Source of the DNA: an uncultured Acidobacteriota bacterium
GTDB lineage: Bacteria > Acidobacteriota > UBA6911
NCBI GenBank assembly: GCA_963843575.1
Contig: CAWJKZ010000014.1
Span: 544,001-608,000, forward strand
Direction of reading: 5' to 3'
Length of the DNA stretch: 64,000 bases
The notes under the pieces were generated by a model. That model saw only the letters and a list, made by a program, of their open reading frames with translations, ran no database searches and had not been told where the DNA came from. This document shows, in pieces, positions 51,717 to 62,077 of this stretch; position 1 is the first letter of the stretch; each line of letters opens with the position of its first letter. Position numbers and translations under genes: made by a program.

Positions 51717-54620
51717 ATGAAAATCCCAGCCTGCAGCCCGATGGTCGTTTCCTTGCTCGGTTCCCTACTGGCCGTCGCGCTCTTATCTTGTCCGGGATCG
51801 GGTGCCCAGACCTCACGGGCACGGCTCCGGGAACCCGCTCCCCTGCTCGAACCGGACAAGGCGTGGGTGGCTGAGAAGCTGAGCCGCATGTCGCTCCGCG
51901 ACAAGGTCGCGCAGCTCGTGCAGGTGCGTGCATTCGGGAAGTTCATGAATGCCTCCAGCCCCGAGTTCGACCAGCTCGCGGGCGAGGTGCGTCGCAACCA
52001 CGTGGGCGGGGTCGTGCTGTTTGCCGGGAACGTTTATGAATCCGCAGTGTTGCTGAACAAACTCCAATCGCTCTCGCAGGTGCCGCTGCTGGTTTCGGCG
52101 GACTTTGAACGGGGCGTTTCCTTCCGCATCGCCGACACCACATCGTTCCCGTGGACGATGGCCGTCGGCGCCGCGGGTTCGGAGGAATACGCTTTCCGGC
52201 AGGGGGCCATCACCGCACGCGAAGCCCGGGCCCTCGGTGTCCACTGGGTTTTCGCCCCCGTATTGGATGTGAACAACAACCCCGACAACCCGGTCATCAA
52301 TATCCGGTCCTTCGGGGAAGACCCTGAGCTCGTGGCGCGCCTCGGCGCGGCCTTCATCCGCGGCTGCCGCGCCGGCGGAGCCCTGACCACCGCCAAGCAC
52401 TTCCCGGGACATGGGGACACGGCGACCGACACGCACATCGGCCTGGCCGTCGTGCCTTCGGATCGCGCGAGGCTCGACACCGTGGAGTTGGTCCCATTTC
52501 GGCGGGCCATCGAGGCGGGCGTCGATTCCATCATGACCGCACACGTCGCCGTGCCGCAGATCACCGGTGATGCGGACCTGCCCGCGACCCTCTCGTCACG
52601 CGTACTGACCGGTCTTTTGCGGGACTCTCTTGGGTTTGAGGGACTCGTGGTGACTGACGCGCTGGAGATGGGTGGCATTACCAGCCACTACTGGACCGGG
52701 AAGGCAGCCGTCGAGGCCCTTCGTGCCGGGGCCGACATGCTGCTGTTGCCCCCCGACGCGACCGTAGCGATCAACGAGGTCGTCCGGGCCGTGCGCCGGG
52801 GCGACATCCCCGAGGTGCAGATCAACCGTTCGGTGCGAAAAGTGCTCGCCGCCAAGACGAGGGTCGGTCTGACGGTGCGGCGCACGGTCCCGCTCGACCG
52901 CGTCGACGACCTCGTCGCCGCCCCCGACAGCCTCATGCTCGCACAGGAAGTGGCCGACCACTCGATCACCCTACTGCGGGACCAAAGGGGGCTGCTGCCG
53001 CTCAGCCCGGTCTCCCCCGCCCGGATCCTGAGCGTTGTTCTGTCCTCGGAACCGGACCCGGCGCCCGCTGGGGTCTTCCAGGTGGAACTGCGCCGGCGGT
53101 TTCCTTCGGCACGGACCGTCTCCGTCGATCCCCGCACGTCGCAGGACGCGATCTCGGATCTGCTCGGGAGCGCGCAGGGGGCGGATTTCATCGTGTGTGC
53201 AACCGTGGTGCGGGTCCTGTCGGGCAAGGGGAGCGTGGCGCTCCCCGACAACCTGCGGGTCATGCTCGAAAGGCTCATGGACTCCGGGAAGCCCCTTGTC
53301 TGGTTCGCCTTCGGCAGCCCATACGTCCTGAGGCTCTTTCCGCAAGCGGAGACCTACGCTTGCGCCTTCAGCTATGCCGACGTCTCCTACCTGGCCGCCG
53401 CCAAAGCGCTCTCGGGCGAGATCGCCATCTCGGGCCGGATGCCCGTGTCGATTCCGGGGCTGGTGCGCGTGGGCGATGGGCTGAAGGTGCCCCGGCTCGA
53501 CCTCACGCTGAAGCCCGCGGATCCGGACAGGCTCGGAGTGCCCCGGGAGGCGCTGGCGCAGGTGAAGGAGCTGCTCGTTTCCTACGTCCAGTCCAAGGCC
53601 TACCCGGGCGCCGCACTCGTCGTAGGCTACCGCGGGTCCATACTGCTCGAGGCGACAGCCGGCAGGTTCGACTATCAGCCGAAATCCAGCCCGGTCGACG
53701 CCGATACCATCTACGACGTCGCCTCCCTCTCGAAGGTCGTTGGGACGACTTCCGCCGCCATGATTCTCGTCGACGCGGGAAGACTCCGGCTGGATGCGCC
53801 CGTACAGGACTATCTGCCGGAGTTCCGTGGCCGTGACAAAGAGAAGGTCCTGGTGCAGCACCTTCTGGCCCACACATCCGGCCTGCCGGGTTTCGAGCCG
53901 TTGTACCTGAAGGCCCGGGGCTACGAGCCGATGCTCGAGGCCGTCTGCGCCACCCCGCTTCAGAGCGCACCGGGCGCGCGGACCGTCTACAGCGATCTGG
54001 GCATGATACTGCTGGGGGAAATCGTGTCGCGAGTCGCCGGCGAGCCGCTCGACCGCTTTCTCTCCGAGCGTCTGTTTGCTCCCCTGGGCATGAGGTCGAC
54101 CTTGTACAAGCCACTCAGGGCGCTTGCAGCTCGCATTCCGCCGACCGAGAAAGACGCCTGGCGCAAACGGGTCGTCCGCGGACAAGTGCACGACGAGAAT
54201 GCGTTTGCCATGGGGGGAGTGGCCGGCCACGCCGGGTTGTTTGCCAGCGCCCGCGATCTGGCGGTATTCGCCGACCTGCTCCTTCAGCGGGGCTGGTACG
54301 ATCACCGCTGGTATTTCAATCCGGGCACCGTCAAAAAGTTCACCGCATCCCCAGAAACCGGAGGGCGAGGCCTTGGATGGGGCAAACCGACTCCCTCCTC
54401 CTGGACGAGCCACGTCTTCTCCCCCGAGGCCTTCGGCCACACCGGATTCACGGGGACGGTCGTTTGGATCGATCCCGGCCGACAGCTCTTTATGGTGTTG
54501 CTCAGCAACCGCGTGTACCCATCCAGGGACAATCACCAGTTCTTCGACGAGGCCGTCGAGGCGATTGTCCGCGCGGTCATACGGGCCGTCGCGCCGGACA
54601 CGGGCTCGGCGCCTCGCTGA
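51717..54620 (+). CDS. Exported GH3 beta-N-acetylglucosaminidase fused to a beta-lactamase-fold serine hydrolase
   Basis: GH3 motifs DFERG, RSFGED and KHFPGHGDTATDTH; C-terminal SLSK, LLAHTSG, YSD, VHDENA, GHAGLF and GHTGFTG. Confidence 0.92.
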   Translation: MKIPACSPMVVSLLGSLLAVALLSCPGSGAQTSRARLREPAPLLEPDKAWVAEKLSRMSLRDKVAQLVQVRAFGKFMNASSPEFDQLAGEVRRNHVGGVVLFAGNVYESAVLLNKLQSLSQVPLLVSADFERGVSFRIADTTSFPWTMAVGAAGSEEYAFRQGAITAREARALGVHWVFAPVLDVNNNPDNPVINIRSFGEDPELVARLGAAFIRGCRAGGALTTAKHFPGHGDTATDTHIGLAVVPSDRARLDTVELVPFRRAIEAGVDSIMTAHVAVPQITGDADLPATLSSRVLTGLLRDSLGFEGLVVTDALEMGGITSHYWTGKAAVEALRAGADMLLLPPDATVAINEVVRAVRRGDIPEVQINRSVRKVLAAKTRVGLTVRRTVPLDRVDDLVAAPDSLMLAQEVADHSITLLRDQRGLLPLSPVSPARILSVVLSSEPDPAPAGVFQVELRRRFPSARTVSVDPRTSQDAISDLLGSAQGADFIVCATVVRVLSGKGSVALPDNLRVMLERLMDSGKPLVWFAFGSPYVLRLFPQAETYACAFSYADVSYLAAAKALSGEIAISGRMPVSIPGLVRVGDGLKVPRLDLTLKPADPDRLGVPREALAQVKELLVSYVQSKAYPGAALVVGYRGSILLEATAGRFDYQPKSSPVDADTIYDVASLSKVVGTTSAAMILVDAGRLRLDAPVQDYLPEFRGRDKEKVLVQHLLAHTSGLPGFEPLYLKARGYEPMLEAVCATPLQSAPGARTVYSDLGMILLGEIVSRVAGEPLDRFLSERLFAPLGMRSTLYKPLRALAARIPPTEKDAWRKRVVRGQVHDENAFAMGGVAGHAGLFASARDLAVFADLLLQRGWYDHRWYFNPGTVKKFTASPETGGRGLGWGKPTPSSWTSHVFSPEAFGHTGFTGTVVWIDPGRQLFMVLLSNRVYPSRDNHQFFDEAVEAIVRAVIRAVAPDTGSAPR

Positions 54621-54649
54621 GAGTCGAAGGCACCCCGAGGAGACGCGCC

Positions 54650-57197
54650 ATCCGTATCCCAGAGCTGGAGCCGCTGCCGATCGACCCGCTGCTTCCCGAG
54701 GCCGTCGAGTCGCTTCGCAACCACAACAACCTGGTGCTGTCGGCCCCTGCGGGGGCCGGCAAGACGACGCGGTTGCCGCGCGCCCTTCACGAGGCGGGAT
54801 TTTGCCTCCGGGGAGAAGTCGTCGTCCTCGAACCCAGAAGGCTGGCGACGCGGCTGGCCGCCACTCGCGTGGCGGAGGAATCCGGGGAGAAGATCGGCCA
54901 AACGGTCGGGTACACGGTACGGTTCGAGAAGATCGACAGCCCGGACACCCGCATCCGGTTCGTCACCGAGGGGATCCTGACCCGAAAGATCGTCCGGGCC
55001 CCGCGGCTGGACGGGATCTCCGCAGTCGTGCTCGATGAATTCCACGAGCGTCACCTGGCAACGGACCTCAGCCTGGCGCTGTTGCGGCACATCCAGCGAA
55101 CCTGCAGACCCGACCTGCGCCTGGTAGTGATGTCCGCCACGCTGGACACCGGCCCAGTCGCCCGCTTCCTTGGAGATGCGCCGGTGCTGGTCGGCGAGGG
55201 GATTCGGTTCCCGACCGAGATCGAGTATGCCGACAGGGTTTCCGAACGCCCGCTACACGAAAAGGTGCGCGCCGCGGTGGCCTCGGTCCTGCACGGAGGA
55301 ACCGCGGGCGATATTCTGGTCTTCGTCCCGGGCGCGGCTGAAATCCGCCAGGCAGCCGCAATCCTGCACTCGCTCGCCGCGGAACACGGCCGTGTCGTGG
55401 TTGCGCTGCACGGCGACCTGCCGCCTGCCGAACAGGCGCGTGCCGTGCGAAAAATGGACCGCGGCAAGATAGTCCTCTCCACGAATGTCGCTGAAAGTTC
55501 CGTGACGATCCCGGGGGTCACCGTCGTGCTGGACTCGGGCTTGGCCCGGGTGGCGGGCCACTCTTCCTGGAGCGGGCTTCCCACCACGGCCATCCGAAAG
55601 ATCAGCAAGGCTTCCGCGGCGCAGCGGGCCGGGCGCGCGTCGCGCCAGCAGCCGGGCCTCGTGGTCCGGCTCTACACCCGGGCCGATTTCGAATCCCGGC
55701 CGGAATTCGACGTTCCCGAAATAAAACGGGCCGATCTCAGCGAAGCCCTCCTGACGCTGCACGGCGCCGGCGTGAGGGACGTGAACGGTTTTGCCTGGTT
55801 CGAGTCCCCCACGGCCGCAGCCCTGGAACACGCGCGCAACCTCCTGCGCCGGCTCGGGGCCCTCGGCGATTCGGGAGAGCTGAGCCACGACGGGCGGAGA
55901 ATGCTCGCCTTCCCGCTCCACCCAAGGCAATCGCGGCTGATAATCGAAGGGGAGCGAGCGGGGGTGGCCGGCGACGCCTGCCTGCTGGCGGCCCTGCTGT
56001 CGGAACGGGACATCCGGCTCGGAACACGCACGGGCCTCACACCTGGGGCGGGGAGAACCGGATTCCGCACTTCCGGCCACTCCGACCTTATCGAGATGGC
56101 CGAACGCTTCGCCGAGGCCGAGGACGCCGGACTTCTGCCCGGGCGCCTGCTGGAAATGGGGCTGGAACCGCGGGCGGCGGAGCGTGTCGCCAGAGCCCGC
56201 CGCCAGCTGGTGCGCCTGGCGCACGACAGGTCGAGGCCCCCGGGCACCCCCGAGGACAGGGAGGAGGCGCTGCGCATCGCCACCCTGACTGGCTTTCCCG
56301 ACCGCGTAGCCCGCTGCCGCGCGCGCGGCTCCCGGGTGTTCCTCCTCGCAGGGGGCGGCGAGGCGGCCCTTTCGGACGCGAGCGTCGTACACCACGCGGA
56401 TCTGGTCGTCGCGGTCGATGCTGAGGAGAGGAGCTCAAGCGATCCGCGCGACGCCGCGGTCCTGATCCGGGTCGCCTCCGCCATCGAGCCCGAATGGCTG
56501 GCGGCCCTGTTCCCCGGCAGACGTCGTCGAGGAACGGCAGCTCGTGTGGAACCCCGAAGCGGGCCGGGTGGACGAAGTGCGGCGTACCCGCTACGACCAG
56601 GTGACCCTCGAGCAACGCGCCCTGCCCGCTTCCGCAACCGATGAAGCGAGCCGCGTCCTGGCCGCCTGCGTTCTCGATGGACGCCTGTCGGTCTTCCCCG
56701 ACGCCGACGCGGTTCCCGCGTTGCAGGCCCGGGCCGCCCTGCTCGCAAATCTTCCAGGTGACTTCCCGAAACTCAGCCAGGAGTCGGTCTCGGCCGCGGT
56801 GCAACGCCTGTCCGCCGGTCGCCAGAGCCTGGCCGAGCTCAAACCGCTGTCCCTGACCACGGCACTGCTGGAGGGCCTATCGCCCAGCCAGAGGGAGGCA
56901 CTGCGTCGCGAAGCGCCGGAGAAAATTCAGTTCCCCTCGGGCCGAACTGTAAAGGTCCACTACGAGGCGGGCAAGCCACCCTGGATCGCTACCCGGTTGC
57001 AGGATTTCATTGGGATGACCGAGACCCCGAGGATCTGCTCCGGCCGGGTCGCACTCGTGGCGCACCTGCTTGCACCCAACGGCCGCCCCGTGCAGGTCAC
57101 CCAGGACCTGACCGGCTTCTGGCAGAAGCACTACCCGGCGCTGCGCCGCCAGCTGCAACGCCGCTACCCGCGGCATGCGTGGCCCGATCTTCCATGA
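54650..57197 (+). CDS. hrpB: ATP-dependent helicase HrpB; frameshift near 56520
   Basis: GAGKTT, EPRRLA, DEFHER, MSAT, STNVAESS, QRAGRA and HrpB C-terminus LLAPNGRPVQVTQDL..FW...YPRHAWP. Confidence 0.92.
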
Positions 57198-57267
57198 GAA
57201 CGGACCACATCCGCGGTTCGGGGAATGTGCCGGCCGTGGTAGCCTTTTGTTGTTTGAGGACTCGGAC

Positions 57268-57801
57268 ATGCTGCAAGCCTTCGGCGGTAAATTCCCTGAC
57301 GTGGCCGCTTCGGCATTGGTCCTTGACAGCGCCGTGGTGATCGGCGACGTGGCCGTGGGGGAGGAATCGAGTATCTGGTTTCACACCGTGGTTCGGGGCG
57401 ACATTCACTCGATCACGATAGGCCGCCGCACCAACATCCAGGACCTGTCGGTCCTGCACGTCAGGCGCGACGAGGGTCCCGTCGTCGTCGGCGACGGGGT
57501 GACCGTTGGGCACCGCGCCGTCCTGCACGCGTGCCGGGTGGCCGACAGCGTGCTCGTCGGCATCGGGGCTATTATCCTGGACGGGGTGGAAATCGGCAGC
57601 CGGTGCGTCGTCGCCGCCGGCGCCCTGGTTCCTCCTGGACGCATCATCCCTCCGGGGTCGTTCGTGCTGGGCTCCCCGGCGCGCGTGGTGCGCCGCGTTA
57701 CCGAGGGTGAGATCGACTGGATACGCGATTCCGCCGACCGTTACGTGCAGTATGCACGGCAGTACCGGGCTCAATCCGGAACCGCGGCTATCGCGAGGTG
57801 A
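57268..57801 (+). CDS. Gamma carbonic anhydrase family (YrdA/PaaY-like)
   Basis: Hexapeptide repeats, VRGD, NIQDLSVLH and VGHRAVLH. Confidence 0.93.
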   Translation: MLQAFGGKFPDVAASALVLDSAVVIGDVAVGEESSIWFHTVVRGDIHSITIGRRTNIQDLSVLHVRRDEGPVVVGDGVTVGHRAVLHACRVADSVLVGIGAIILDGVEIGSRCVVAAGALVPPGRIIPPGSFVLGSPARVVRRVTEGEIDWIRDSADRYVQYARQYRAQSGTAAIAR

Positions 57802-57805
57802 ACGA

Positions 57806-58270
57806 GTGGGACGCCGGGAGATTTCGGCTGGATGTGTCGTCTTCAGGATCACACCGAGCGGCACCGAGGTCGTGCTGACGCGCCCGCGCGGCCGGAACGC
57901 CTGGGCTTTGCCCAAAGGGCTCCTGGAGCCCGGCGAGCGGCCCGAGCATACAGCCATGCGCGAAGCTGCCGAGGAAACCGGCTACACCGGCGTCCTCCAA
58001 GGCCGGATCGACACCATCAAGTACAGCTACACCGCGGCATGGGAGAACCCACCGGTGAGCGTGTTCAAGATCGTCACCTTCTACCTGATGGAACATACGG
58101 GAGGCGACAGTGCCGACCACGATCGCGAGGTGGAGGAGGTGGCGTGGTTTTCGCTGGAGGAGGCCATCCGCAAAGCCACTTATCCCACCGAGAAGGGCAT
58201 TCTGAGGAAGGCGCGGGAGATGATCGGCAGCGAAGCGGGCAGCCAATGGAAACCCTCCCCCCGCGCGTGA
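57806..58270 (+). CDS. NUDIX hydrolase
   Basis: SAGCVV, WALPKG and Nudix box GLLEPGERPEHTAMREAAEETG. Confidence 0.92.
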   Translation: MGRREISAGCVVFRITPSGTEVVLTRPRGRNAWALPKGLLEPGERPEHTAMREAAEETGYTGVLQGRIDTIKYSYTAAWENPPVSVFKIVTFYLMEHTGGDSADHDREVEEVAWFSLEEAIRKATYPTEKGILRKAREMIGSEAGSQWKPSPRA

Positions 58271-58314
58271 CGGTTCAGGCGACCCATGCTCGAATACCCT
58301 GTGACGGGAGTTCA

Positions 58315-58914
58315 ATGATGCAACTGGACCACATCGCGCTGGAAGGGCGCCGGGTGCGGCTCCTACCCATGGCGCTGGAACACCTCGACGCGCTCTGCGC
58401 CGTCGGCCTCGATCCGGAGCTCTGGCGCTGGACCACCGCAGCCGTCCTAACCTGGGATGATATGAGGGGGTACATCGACGAAGCACTGGCTTGCGGGTCC
58501 GCAGGCACCACGCTCCCTTACGTCACCCTCGATCGGGCGTCGGGCACCATCGTGGGCAGCACGCGCTTCGGCAACATCGACAGGACGAACCGGCGATACG
58601 AAATCGGCTGGACGTGGGTTGCCTCACCCTGGCAACGCAGCCATGTGAACACGGAAGCCAAGTACCTGATGCTGCGGCACGCGTTCGAGACGCTGGGCAG
58701 CATCCGGGTCGAGTTCAAGACCGACTCGCTCAACCAGCGTTCGCGGGCCGCTCTCTGTCGTCTCGGCGCCAGGGAGGAGGGTACGCTGCGCAACCACATG
58801 ATCACGGCAACCGGGCGCTATCGCCATTCGGTCTACTACAGCATCATCGATTCAGAGTGGCCGGCGGTGCGGACCGCGATCGAAATGCAGCAGGGCTGGC
58901 ACACCGGGGACTGA
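58315..58914 (+). CDS. GNAT acetyltransferase (RimJ/RimL family)
   Basis: IVGSTRF, EIGWTW, NTEAKYLML, RVEFKTD..N.RS and EGTLRNH. Confidence 0.92.
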   Translation: MMQLDHIALEGRRVRLLPMALEHLDALCAVGLDPELWRWTTAAVLTWDDMRGYIDEALACGSAGTTLPYVTLDRASGTIVGSTRFGNIDRTNRRYEIGWTWVASPWQRSHVNTEAKYLMLRHAFETLGSIRVEFKTDSLNQRSRAALCRLGAREEGTLRNHMITATGRYRHSVYYSIIDSEWPAVRTAIEMQQGWHTGD

Positions 58915-58927
58915 GGGCAGCGGCAAT

Positions 58928-59161
58928 GGTCTGTCACAGAAGAACAGACCCACTTTGTCGCGAGCGCCGGGCGGGCAGATGCAAGGCGCCGCGACGCAGG
59001 CGATGTGGGGATGTCGTCGAGGAGCGGCAACGCCGCAGATGCCCGCCCGCTGACTGAGTTGCTCGCTCCTTACATACCACCCCGGGTATGCTCGTCGCTC
59101 GCGCCTTGTCAGCGGGCCTGGGGGCCTGCAGCAAAGTGGACCTGTTATTCTGTGACAGACC
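58928..59161. mobile_element. MITE-like element, 234 bp, 30-bp imperfect terminal inverted repeats
   Basis: Left end GGTCTGTCACAGAAGAACAGACCCACTTTG versus reverse complement of right end GGTCTGTCACAGAATAACAGGTCCACTTTG (27/30); no convincing internal ORF; sits between convergent genes. Confidence 0.72.
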
Positions 59162-60067
59162 CTAACCGCGCAGCCGTCCCTCGAGTCTGCGCACGCACGC
59201 CATGGTCTCGCGCGCGATTGTCTCCGCGCCCGGCTTGAAGTCGAAAACTTCCGCCGATATCCAGTTGTTGTACTTGAGTTCCGCCAGGACCTTGAGGACG
59301 GGGAGGAAGTTCAGGTCGCCCGCGCCGGGATAGCGGCCGTCCATCTCATTGATGTGCACATGGCGGATGAAACGGAAGTCCCGCCTGACGATGACCTCCA
59401 TCGGCTCGGTTTCGTCCAGGGTATTGTGGAAGTCGAACATCGTCTGGATGGCGGGATGGCCGACCTCTTTGACCATCCGGACGGCCTCTGCGAGCGTGTT
59501 GACGACGTCGGTGTCCTTCCGCGGGAGCGACTCGATCAGGATGGTCGCCTTGCGATCGGCAGCGTGCGCCGCCACCGACGCAAGCCCCTGGGCGAAATTG
59601 CGCCGGGCCTCTGCCGCGGTGTTTCCCTGCGAACCCCGCTGCTGCGGCGAGCCAAAGACCATGATCCCCCCTCCCATGTCGCCACAGAAATCGATCAGCT
59701 TCAAGACATAATCCCAGGTCTTGCGCCGCAGGGACGGGTCCGCCGTGGTTGCGTGCAGCCCTTTGGGGGTGAGGAGAAGCCAGTGCAGGCCGGCGAATCT
59801 GAGCCCCTCGGACCTCAGGATGTCGACGAGCTCGCGCCTGCGCGCGGGAGTGATTTCGTCGAGGTGCTCCGCAAGGGTGAATGGGGCGATTTCCAGGCCG
59901 GAGAATCCTGCGGCCTTGGTGGTCCGGCAGGCTGCGGCGAAATCCGCCTTCTGGAAGACCTCGTTGCAGAGCGCGTACTTGAACCGCAATCCCGCCCCCC
60001 CGGCCTGTCGCATAAGGCTGGTCCACAGCGGCAAGGCTGCCGCTCCGAGAAAGGTTCGTCTATCCAT
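59162..60067 (-). CDS. Sugar phosphate isomerase/epimerase (D-psicose/D-tagatose 3-epimerase-like TIM barrel) with Tat-like signal
   Basis: MDRRTFLG; GLEIAPFTL, VFGSP, IESL, FDFHN, HVHINE and SAEVF. Confidence 0.88.
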   Translation of the reverse strand: MDRRTFLGAAALPLWTSLMRQAGGAGLRFKYALCNEVFQKADFAAACRTTKAAGFSGLEIAPFTLAEHLDEITPARRRELVDILRSEGLRFAGLHWLLLTPKGLHATTADPSLRRKTWDYVLKLIDFCGDMGGGIMVFGSPQQRGSQGNTAAEARRNFAQGLASVAAHAADRKATILIESLPRKDTDVVNTLAEAVRMVKEVGHPAIQTMFDFHNTLDETEPMEVIVRRDFRFIRHVHINEMDGRYPGAGDLNFLPVLKVLAELKYNNWISAEVFDFKPGAETIARETMACVRRLEGRLRG

Positions 60068-60208
60068 GTGATCCTCCGGCTAAGTCTTATTGCGACCGAC
60101 GCGGGAGTCAACGGAAAACGACCACGGGTTTTGGAGGCTGTCCAAAGGTTAGTCCTGGGGTAATCCGCTTGGGTGGCGGCGTCCGGCCAGCGCACTGCGC
60201 AATTCCGT

Positions 60209-60235
60209 GTGGCGCCGAGGCGCCGCACTCCAAAA
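60209..60235. repeat. REP-like short palindrome
   Basis: GTGGCGCC-GA-GGCGCCGC hairpin followed by ACTCCAAAA; single copy in the window. Confidence 0.3.
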
Positions 60236-60306
60236 CGCTGGTGGATGGCACGCCGATTGCATGGTTAGGCCCACGCGGTACCCCGTCCGGAAAGAGAGGA
60301 ATTGTG

Positions 60307-60660
60307 ATGCGGATTGCTGGTGCGATGTTTCTGGCAGCCCTGGGGCTATTACTGACACAAGCCGGTGCCCAACCCGCGCCGAAGGGGGCGGTGCGCACCG
60401 GATATACGATCAGGATTTCGGAAATGGCAAACGACCTGGCGGTCTTCGAAGTTTTCCTCCCCCCGGCCGAGGCAAACCGCAAAAGTCTCGTCCACAAGGT
60501 GATCGACGATTCGGGGGTTACGGTTGCGACGGAGAAGTTCGGGACGGCCAACGGTCACTACAAAGTCGCCATGGTGGGGTCCTTCTTCGCCGGCCGCGCC
60601 TACAGGCTCGTCATCGACGGAAAATACGAACTCAAATTCGTCTTTGATCCCAGCAGCTGA
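60307..60660 (+). CDS. Small hypothetical exported protein
   Basis: AGAGGA RBS, signal peptide MRIAGAMFLAALGLLLTQAGA and beta-rich mature region. Confidence 0.65.
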   Translation: MRIAGAMFLAALGLLLTQAGAQPAPKGAVRTGYTIRISEMANDLAVFEVFLPPAEANRKSLVHKVIDDSGVTVATEKFGTANGHYKVAMVGSFFAGRAYRLVIDGKYELKFVFDPSS

Positions 60661-60764
60661 AGCCCTTCAGATCAGCGTGCCGGCCGTGCACGCGGATTGG
60701 CCGTCATCGGCCGAACGGATAAGCGCCGCAACCTCCAGACCCGAAGAGTATGATAGGTTTTGTG

Positions 60765-61295
60765 ATGATGCCCAAACCTGCCGGGAATCGCGAACTCGCG
60801 TCCACCCAAGATCTGGCGAGGATCCGGCGCTGGAGCTATTTGCTCGACAGAGTATTCCGGGTGCCAGGTACCCGAATCCGGTTCGGCTGGGATTCCATCG
60901 TCGGCCTAGTGCCAGGCGTCGGGGACGCAGTCACGGCGCTCGTTTCCCTTTTCCTCCTCGTGCAGGCCTTCCGTATACGGATCCCAGGCATTGTCAGGGC
61001 CCGCATGTTCATATATGTCATCGTCGACGTCACGATCGGCGCGATTCCCCTGCTCGGAGACCTTTTCGATCTCATCTGGAAGGCCAACACGCGCAACCTG
61101 GAACTCCTGGAACGGCACGCTAGCGGCAGCGCGGAACCGACGACCGCCGACTGGATCTTCGTCGCAGGCAGCGCCGCAATCGTCGTGATGATCGTGATCC
61201 TGCCGTTTTACGCCCTGGCTGCACTGCTGGACTCCCAGCTACCGGGGTGGGTTCCGCCGATCTCGTGGCGGCTTCTGCTCGGGGCGGCCGGCTAG
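60765..61295 (+). CDS. DUF4112 membrane protein
   Basis: LLDRVFRVPGTRIRFGWDSIVGLVPGVGD and GAIPLLGDLFD..WKANTRN. Confidence 0.9.
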   Translation: MMPKPAGNRELASTQDLARIRRWSYLLDRVFRVPGTRIRFGWDSIVGLVPGVGDAVTALVSLFLLVQAFRIRIPGIVRARMFIYVIVDVTIGAIPLLGDLFDLIWKANTRNLELLERHASGSAEPTTADWIFVAGSAAIVVMIVILPFYALAALLDSQLPGWVPPISWRLLLGAAG

Positions 61296-61526
61296 CAGCT
61301 AGCGCTATCGCGAGACTCAAGACACGGCGCAGGATACCCCTCAAGCCGACTTCTTTCTCAGAAGTTCGCCGAAGCGCCGCGTTCCATGACCCCCGAAGCA
61401 CAGGGTTTGGCCAACATCGTACCAGCCATCGGGTAATAATTCCCCTCTGGGGCCCGCCCGGTTGAGAAAGACCGGTCGCTGCTTCCCTGGAATTCTCCAG
61501 ATTCTCAGCTGCGCAGGACCTTGACC

Positions 61527-61570
61527 CGGTTGAGGGCGGCGCCCGGCCGACCGGGCGCCGCCCTCAACCG
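61527..61570. terminator. Perfect 20-bp hairpin directly after the DUF2934 stop codon
   Basis: CGGTTGAGGGCGGCGCCCGG-ccga-CCGGGCGCCGCCCTCAACCG; no U-tract. Confidence 0.55.
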
Positions 61571-61571
61571 A

Positions 61572-61952
61572 TCATCCCCGCTCGCCCCGTATCTCCCGTT
61601 CTGCCCTGTACCAATCCTCCTCGGGAGAACCAACCTGCCTGCCGCGCGCTTCCCACATCGAGTAGGCCAGCAGTGCTATGCGTTCCTGCTCGGAGGTTTC
61701 GCTGCGGTCCTGCCTTACGGCCTCACGCGTCGGTTGGGGAGCCCGCTTGCTGGAAGGACGCTCAGCGGGCTGAGGCGCAGCGGCTTCGTTCGCGGCCACG
61801 ACTTGCGCGGAGTCAACACCATCCAGACGCGCCCCCTTCCCTGCCGAGCTGCTGCCGGCGCCCTTTCGGCTCCGGATCCTGCGGGAAGAACCCTCTCCAG
61901 GAACTTCGGACAGGGGAACTGGTGTGGATGTGCTTTTACGCTTCGTAGCCAT
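61572..61952 (-). CDS. DUF2934-domain protein with a low-complexity N-terminus
   Basis: C-terminal ERIALLAYSMWEARGRQVGSPEEDWYRAEREI. Confidence 0.85.
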   Translation of the reverse strand: MATKRKSTSTPVPLSEVPGEGSSRRIRSRKGAGSSSAGKGARLDGVDSAQVVAANEAAAPQPAERPSSKRAPQPTREAVRQDRSETSEQERIALLAYSMWEARGRQVGSPEEDWYRAEREIRGERG

Positions 61953-62077
61953 TTGGGGACCCCTTTCATTGAAACGAATTGTTACGGACGAACGAAAGTT
62001 GCCAAAATCGCGGCCCCGGTTCAAGAGGGATATGCGGCAGAACCCTTCGACGGCCCGCACTGGTCACCGTAACCCGG

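Noticed and set aside
53560-54620. Beta-lactam resistance gene
   Set aside because: The domain is fused to a GH3 NagZ and fits a peptidoglycan-recycling hydrolase better.
61300-61510. Riboswitch or ncRNA in a hairpin-rich intergenic region
   Set aside because: It has only short local hairpins, lies between convergent genes and shows no recognisable consensus; not supportable without a covariance search.
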